From IMG/VR virus record IMGVR_UViG_3300044620_000527, positions 1-64,000 of that record: a DNA stretch of 64,000 bases. One strand, given 5' to 3'. This stretch comes from a virus. Position numbers and translations under genes: made by a program. The notes under the pieces were generated by a model. The model was not told the origin of the DNA and searched no databases. It saw only the letters and a program-made list of their open reading frames with translations. This document shows positions 18,810 to 27,800 of the stretch, one piece after another. The first letter of the stretch is position 1; the number at the start of each line of letters is the position of its first letter.

Positions 18810-21800
18810 ATGCCAAATATTAATTCTAATATTCAAAAACAATCTGTTCAGGGTTTCTTGGGTTCATTTTTAAATAACCCAAATAATATTTTTAATCAAG
18901 CATTGGGTTCTTTGCCAGATGCACCACCAACACCAACGGATGAAGTGCAACAAGAAACCGATAACACAGTAAATCCTGATCCAGTTTTGTTTATTATTAC
19001 TGGTGAATCTAATGCTGGTGGATTTGCTTACAATGGTAGTGCATTGGCATCAGAATTAAATCAAAGAAATAATGTTCAAATATTAAACAACAATAATTTG
19101 ACTTTTGAATCTTTGAGATTTGGATTTAATGGTAATAACTTCTTAGGTCATCTTCCACAACCACCATACGCAGATGTAACTGATGCTTCATATTGGAACG
19201 CATATCCGTGGGGCACAACAGCAGTTGGTGGATATCCACATGGCTTTGAATTGGGATTTGCTAATGAAGTTGATAGTGGATATTTTGGAAATAGTGAAGT
19301 TTATTTGTGCAAAGTTGCAATGGGTGGTTCTACTGTTTTTGATTGGGATACCGACAGTAATACTACAACTGGTTATTGGGAAAAATTTGTTGAAAGAGTA
19401 GATGCAGCAAAAGCACAAGTTGGTGCATCTGCAAATATTTTTATATGTTTAACGATTGGTATTAATGACGCATATGCGTTTGACAGAGCACATGCTCCCG
19501 GAAATTTGTACGAAAATGGTAAAATTAAACAATGGGTAGATACTGGTATTTGGGAAGATCCATTTACTGAAGAAGATATTGAGAGTTGGAAAACTCAAAT
19601 GCGTGCTCATTTCACAAACATGAGAAATGCAGTTGGTTTTAATGCTCCAATTCTTATTACTTATTTAATGGATAGAGTTCCAATTTTCCAAAAATTTAAT
19701 GTGGCAATTGGTGAACTTGCAAATGAGGATAATCTTTTATATTGGGTAAAAACTTCAGATGCTTCATTAAATGCAGATTCTATCTGGAATAATACTGTAA
19801 ACTTTAGAAATAAAGACTTTGTGCATTGGGATTATTCTGGAATGAAATTAATTGCTTCCAGATTCACATATCTTGCAACAGAAGTATTTGGATTAAACGA
19901 TCAATATGATCAAAGTTTAATAAATCCACCAGCACAAGATGAAGCAGATTTATCGACAAACATAGATGCCGCAGACTATGAAGTATTTGCCGCCGCATGG
20001 ATACGTGAGGTTGATGAAAATGCAACTTCTGTTGTTCCTATGATTTGGGTCGATAATATGGGTGGATGGGTTGGTACTACGACCACTGATAATGAGGCTT
20101 GGACCAATGAATATGTTAGTGCTATAAATTATACAAATTTTAAAAATAAGTTATTAGAAGTTCCACAAGGTAGAAGAGTATTACAAACAACTTTTTGGTC
20201 AGCAGCACCAGTAAATGTAAATTGGAGTCCTTTAACTTATATTGATTACTATGCAGATCTTGAAGGAATAAGCGTAAACAATACAAATTTAAAGTATCCA
20301 GATTTTACACAATCACAAAAACTACCATTTTCAGCATGGCACGAAAACATAATAGCAGATGCTAAAACTAGTGTAAATCAATTCTTTGCTCGTTGTGCTG
20401 CGGATGGATTGTCTTTTGATTACATTACTGACAACTCAATATACACAGATGGAGCAAATCCAAATATTTGGACAATAAGCCAACAACAAGCTATAGGAAC
20501 TTGTGGTGGTAATGCAACTTATAACATTTACGTTTCTGTAAATGATGGAAACGATTCTTGGAGTGGCGAAAACCCAAGTGTTGGTGGACTAACAGGACCA
20601 GTTAAAACACTACAAAAAGCAGCCGATTTAGCAAAAAATTATACCGGTCCATTAAATATTGAAATTCGTATAAGAGGTGGTACTTATAAAATTTTAGGTA
20701 CATCTTCTAATCCAGTTTTCTATTTAAACGAATCTTATAGTGGAACAAACGGAAGAACAATAACTTATAAACCATATAAAAATGAAGAAGTTATAATTTC
20801 TGGTGACGAAGAAATTGCTTGGACGGAATTTACTGCGTTAAATTCTTCAGATCCACTGTGGAGTCGTCTGGCCCATAATCCAACTGCTCAGGCGAATGTA
20901 TATGTTGCTGACGTTACTGATTATGATTTGGGTCAATATCCTCCAGCATGGCGAGGAATGCCACAAGCAACAAGTGGTTATAAAACGGGATTGACTGGTG
21001 TGCCTGGTGGACAAGCAGCCGAAATGTGGTCGGGACAACCAGCAGTTCCAGATTTAATATACAACGATACAGCAATGACTGTATCTCGTTGGCCAAAGAA
21101 AACATCTTTTTCTGGCTATTCTTTTGATGAATGTGCTCACATAGAAAATTTAAGTACTGCAATCATTGATACAGGCACCGAAGGTGTTTGTTGGAATGAT
21201 CCCGTTGCCTGTGCATCAAAACGTCAAGGCAAATTTAAATATGAATGTTTTCATGAAAATTATCATGATGTAATCTCTAGATGGGCAGTTAATTCTGGAA
21301 CAGATGAACAACCATTTGATGACATTTATTTGTTTGGATTTTGGAGATTTGAATGGGCAGAAGAAACATTCAAATTAGTAAATATTGATTTGGATGACAG
21401 AGAATTTACAGTAAGATCTCAAAATTCACATTATACAATAACTAATACTCATTATTGTTATTCTGGTTCAGATTTGGGTCGCGGTTATGCAAATCCTACA
21501 CCAAGAAGATGGTATGCGTTTAACGTTCCAACCGAAATAGGACCAGGTGAATATTATATTGATAGAACTAACAAAAAGTTATATTTCTATCCTCCAACTG
21601 CTCTATCTTCCAGTAGTAAAATTAGTTTAACTCATAGAGCTTTAACTGGACCGGGTTCCATTTATTTCCAATCTCATGATGTAATTCAATCAGAACATCA
21701 ACATTATGGTTCTGATCCAAATCATCCAAACAATACATTTAAATATCCGGGATGGGTAAATTCTCCATTGGGTTGGGATAGTAATGGTGGTGGAACACAA

Positions 21801-24800
21801 TCCAGAGATATAATGAATAATAAAGACGTAATTCACTCTTTATTTAAATTGTATAAAGTAAAAAACGTCAACATTGTTGGATTAACTTTTAAAAACTGTG
21901 CTGGAAGTGCCATTGATACTCAATTGTGTGAAAATATTAATATAAAACAATGCAAAATATACAACATGAAATTGGATGGAATTTGTTCTCAAGGTGGTAT
22001 TAATGTTGTTATAGATTCGTGTGATGTCCATGATGTTATGATGAATGGTATAGTAAATACTGGTGGTAATCCACAAACTCTAGAACCCGCAAACAATGTT
22101 GTTACCAAATGCAGAATCCAAAGATATGGAATTTCTGCACCATCTGCATGTGCAGGTGTGATTATAAACGGTGTAGGTAATACAGCATCAAAGAATTTAT
22201 TTAAAGATGGTGCAAGAGCAGTACAACTTCAAGGCTCAAAGAATATAGTTGAATACAATCATTTTTATGAATTATTAAAAGATCAAGAAGATTATGGTGT
22301 TGTTTATGGTGGAGGAGATGTTCTTACTTTTGGTAGTAAGATCCGTTACAATTTCTTTAATACCTGTGGCAGTAGATTGCCGGGTGGAAGAGAATGGTAC
22401 AATAAATATGATACGACAGACCCGTTTCCATATGGTTGCCGCGATCAACAACATCAATTATCTGTTGGTGTTTATTCTGATGCCTATCAATCTGGTTGGG
22501 AAATATTTGGTAATGTATTTTATAATCACGGTTTACCTTCTTCTTTAGCACCAGATGGCCCAGTTGTACAGGGTTGGTGTGTGAATATAGGAGGTGGTCC
22601 AAGAAATTCAATTGAAAACAATATTTTTATCAATTCCACTGGTTCTCAAACTAATTCCGCGGCTGGCTCATTTATAGTTAATCCAGCATTAACTAATTTT
22701 AATTACCTATACAAAGATTTAGAGTGGACTTATTTAAATCCAAATAATATTGTATATCAACCATTTGGTTATACCGATGGACCAGCAAGAGGATATAATT
22801 TTTGGAATTATTTAGCATCACACGGACTTAATAGATGGAATGATGGTGTTGGTTTTACTACAACTGTCGATATAACAAATGCAGCATATACGGAACAAGC
22901 ACCTTGGATCGCCGGTGATGTTAAAATTGAAACTATCAACGGTGTAAGAACGTTTACTGGATTTAAAGATGTACAACAGTACGCTAATTTGAAAGCAACA
23001 GTAAAAAACAATGTATTAATTAATCACTATGGATTTATTAATGGTAAGTCTATAATATTAAATATGACAAATTCAAACGGTGGAACATATCCAAATATGG
23101 ATACAAATCCACCAACAGGTGGGTTTGATGTAACAAATACTGTAACTTTTGCCAATTTGGAAACATTTGCCGGATTTACTAATCCATCAACTAGTAATTT
23201 TAAATTAACATCAAATGGATTGACTAAGATTCGTGAACAAATACCGCAATTCACAGATATTAATTTTGATCTGATTCCATCTTCGAGTTATGTTCCACAG
23301 GCTTATGTTGCACAAACCGAAAATTATGCTTGCAATTTGAGACACTATACTGGTACTGTGGATTTTGCAAATCCAAATATTTTAGAAAGTATAGTAACAG
23401 ATCCTCGTTTTACAACTACAGTAAATCCAGTTAATGGAAAAACTTTAGAACAAGATTTTATGGATCGTTACGAATATTGTGTTACTAAAAATAACACAAC
23501 AGATAGAACAATATATCCATATTATTCTACATCTTGGTATAATTCAGCAGAACCAAATGCATATGATGCATTTGCTCCTATGTTTGGTTGGTTGTATTCT
23601 GCACAACCAGAATATGATATGGAAGTTCCACCGTGGGGCACTTCAAGTAATAATGCTGCCACACGCGCATGGACCGCAGTATTGACCGACTGGGGTAATT
23701 TATATTACAGACTAGAACTATTTAAAGATCCATTAGTTGATAATGGTTTTACAAATGTTAAAATTTCTTTGGATGGACATTATCCTGTCAGTGAAACTGA
23801 AATGGAATTTATGGATATGGACAACTTGTGGATTGAAGCCCCAAGAGAAGATAGTGCAGATTCAATGATTGCACCACACATATATGCTGAGTTGGGTACT
23901 ACTGCGTTTAATTTATATGGTTATAAGATCAATCCAGAAAATGATGATCAAAAATATAAATTTGCAAAACTTCCACAAGGTGTTGCGGTAGAAGGATTCG
24001 AACGATATACATCTCCAGCATGGTTAGCATTTTTAATCGATATGAAACGTATTCGTGGAGTTATAAATTCCAGCGAAACCGCATGGCAAAGATTGACTCC
24101 GTGGTTAATTAGTAAAAAGTGGTGCGTCGCTGAGAGATTTAGATTCTGTGCAGCAAATGGTGGCGAATACGCAGATGCCTATTGGAAAGAAGCAGTATTT
24201 CATGCATGTTTACATGGTACTCTCTATTTTAACTATTTTAATTACGATAAATCAGATACTTTAGATTTACATGAAGTACTTGATGAGTGGAGAGAAAACT
24301 CAAATAACAGTAGAGTGCAGCCAGTAGTAAAAACAAAAATTCCAGTAAATACTAGTGTATTTGTTTCTGGTGGTAAATTATTAAATTCAAACAGATACTT
24401 GTGGAGATTAACTGCCAAACCTTCAACATCAGTTACTTTGAGAGCATTTGGTAGTAGTACAACTAGAAGTGATATACCACAAACAATAACACTAGATGCA
24501 AATAGCAGAGGAGCTTGGTTATTAACTGCCAGTTCTGTGCCTCCAATTTATATTTTAGATGAAGGTGGACAACAAGAAACAGTAGATTTAGAATATGTTA
24601 CAATGATAGATACAAATTTTACCACATTCCTACACAAGAATAAAGCAATGGGTGGAGGAGCAAACCATGACTATGGTAGTGGTATTGGATTAGATGCTCA
24701 AGGCAAATCTATTTCTCCTATAAATTATTTGTACGAAAGTGGTCAAACAGTATCGTTGCTTTTGGGAGCTAATCTAAATTGGATGTATGAAGACAATTAT

Positions 24801-27800
24801 AGATTAGATAGCAATGGACAAGCAATAAGAGTAATAAAAAATATAACTCCAACACAATCTGTTACTCTTTGCACAGATCCTTGCTACCAAACAGCCGCTT
24901 GTTATCAATCTCCTAGATTGGTTGATTCCGTTTTTTCCGAAATGATGTCAATTGATGGTGAATGGGGTCCAGCATTAAGACAAAATGATCCATTCCCAAA
25001 TAACAATGGAAGCAGAAATTACGATTATATTACTATAAATGAACAAGTATTTACTGCTCAACCTTATGATCCAAATAAACCTATAGATTATTCTTACGAT
25101 TATTTTGGAAATTATGTAATTGAAAGTACACAAATACCAGCAAGTTTCTGGGTAAGAAGTACCACTCAAAACGGAAGACCAGATTTAGCATATAATTACG
25201 ACGAACAAGGAACACTGGGTAATTCAACAAATTATTCTTCAGTTGCAACAGGTTGGTCGCCAGTATTATTCTGGACAACGGAGGATGGAACCTTAAAATG
25301 GTCAACAACTATTCCGGTGTATTCTGGTTATAATTTAATTCCTCCAACAGAGTATCAATCTTTAAAGTATAAACAAATAACTGTTGGTTATGGACAAGTA
25401 TACGGTTTAACTACAAATGACACAATTGTTGGTTGGGGTGGAGATGGTAGTGTAAAAAGAAATACAGAATTCTTCATGCAACAATTGAGATATATGCAAC
25501 GATCTGGTGAAAAATTACACGAAGTAAAAATAAAGAAGATTGCTGCTGGTGCAGGACATTGCAATGTTCTGATGGAAAATGGTGAATTGTTTGTATTTGG
25601 AGGAAATGAAGGAGCACAATTGAGCGATCCAAACACAGTTTGGACACCAATTGGATTGATTCCACTTCCAGTTGTTAATGATGCTCTTTATATTACAAAT
25701 CCGGTTCCTTATACCTATTACAAATACGAACAAGATAAGTCATCTTATTTGGTTTCATTTGGTAGTTCTGAAAATGTCGGTACAAGTAATGCATGTGTAC
25801 CAACACCAGTGGGTAGTATAAAATATAGATTGTTTAGAAACAATTTGTTAGGTTGTGATATACATGAAGGCACGCCAAATGGTAGATATGATACTCCTTA
25901 TGTGAGAGGAACATCTTCATATCCGAACGATACATATCCACCAACTGGAAGTGCTGCTTGGAGTGGGTTGATTGATTGGTCCACCCATACTGGTGCTCCA
26001 TATGATTATCAATTCTCTAGAGCAACCGTAGGAAATCAAGACAGTCCAAACTATAGTTTAAATGGTTCTTGGACAAGAAGTGATAGACGTTTGCCAATGG
26101 TTCAAGCAAGCGGAGGAACTTCTTTAGGATATACTAATGCTGCTGGGCAACAAATTCCAAATTCTCTATTCGGTACTTCTGGAAACAAATATACAGATGT
26201 TGTTGCCGGACGAACGCACACAATTGCATTAACACAAAATGGAAATATAGAAACTTGGGGTTGGAACTGGTATTACACAATAACCGGAAGTGGTCCTCAT
26301 GATGGATCTTTGGGTTGGAATAGAGTTGGTGCGGGTAATCCAAATGCAGATTCAGACTCAGATCCAATCACAAAAGCAGCACCATATGGATATAATACAG
26401 CCCCCGCAGTAAAATTGCTTAAAACCACTTTGGGTTCAGTTAAAGCAATTGGTGCTGGTTATTATACAAATCAAGTCATAAAAAATGACGGTAGTGTATT
26501 TGCTTGGGACAGAAATGAATGGGGAGAATCTTTACCGTTCTTCAATTCAGACGAAACTGCTGGTCTACCAACAGGCAAATTTAAACAAATTTGTGGTTCC
26601 TATCACCACACAATCGCACTCCGTGAAGATGGAACAGTTGTATGTTGGGGTGAAAACAGATATGGAGAATGTGATGTGCCGGCTTCATTAAAGAATGTAA
26701 ATACGGCAGATTGTGTATGGATTGGTAGTTGCGCTTACGTTTCTTTGGCTCTAAAGAGAAACGGCGATTTGATTGCATGGGGTAGAGTAACCGATTTGAA
26801 GGCTGGTGCGGTTTCTGGACAAAAACTTTTAGATGAAAAAATATTCCTAAATCAAAATAGTCCATTTGTTCTGGGTTATGAATATCCAGTAAAACACTCA
26901 AATCTTTCTTTAGAAATTAAGAGTGCAAACGATGCGCCTCATGTAAGAAATGAGCCAGGAAATATGTTTAAATACACCGGATTCTTATTTGCTCCGGTGA
27001 GAAAAGACGATGGATGTGCAGATCACGTTTATTTCTCGTTGTTCCAAAAAATGTTGGAAAACGAAAAAGAAATGGCAGATTATCAATATTTTGTAAATAA
27101 TTTACCAAACGTGCCTTCTTGTGTTCTACAAAGTTCTGCTTGGAATAATTATCATGCAGATGAGTATGTAAACGGAGAATATAGACCAAAATATGTTTTA
27201 GTAAATTATGAAGCAGAATTGGTAGATCAAATAAGATCCGTCAATGCAACCGGCAGAAAAGTTCTTGCAGATGGAACAAAAGCATATGTTACAATTGAAG
27301 GTCAACCCATAAATGAAAATCTATGGCAAAGAGTTGTTTCATATGTAAAATTAACAAGAAAAATGAACCATTACATACGTCAAGTGTTTGGTAATCAAGC
27401 AAACATTGCACACTATGACATGTATGCTGTTCCATTCTATCAAGATTGGAAGGGCGGTGGACAATGGTATCCCAATAATGGAATACTATTCAGTCAAGAG
27501 TATCAAGTAACAGAATGTGCGTATTGTGATGAATTGTTACCAGATTATCCTGGTCATGCTGTATATAATAATCTACCAAATAGTGAAAAATTAATTTGGA
27601 TTGAAAAGGCAGTCAAAGCACTTCAAGATAAAGTGTTTAGAATGGCAAAAGCAATATCAAAAATGTGTTTGTTTGAAAATGCTGAAGGTGAACCCGATAC
27701 TTTAGATTTAAGAGAAGATTTATCTAGTTTAATGCCTCAAATCGATCCAAGTAATTTTATCATAACAGGATTAAACCATTATCCAAATTCAGTTCATGGT

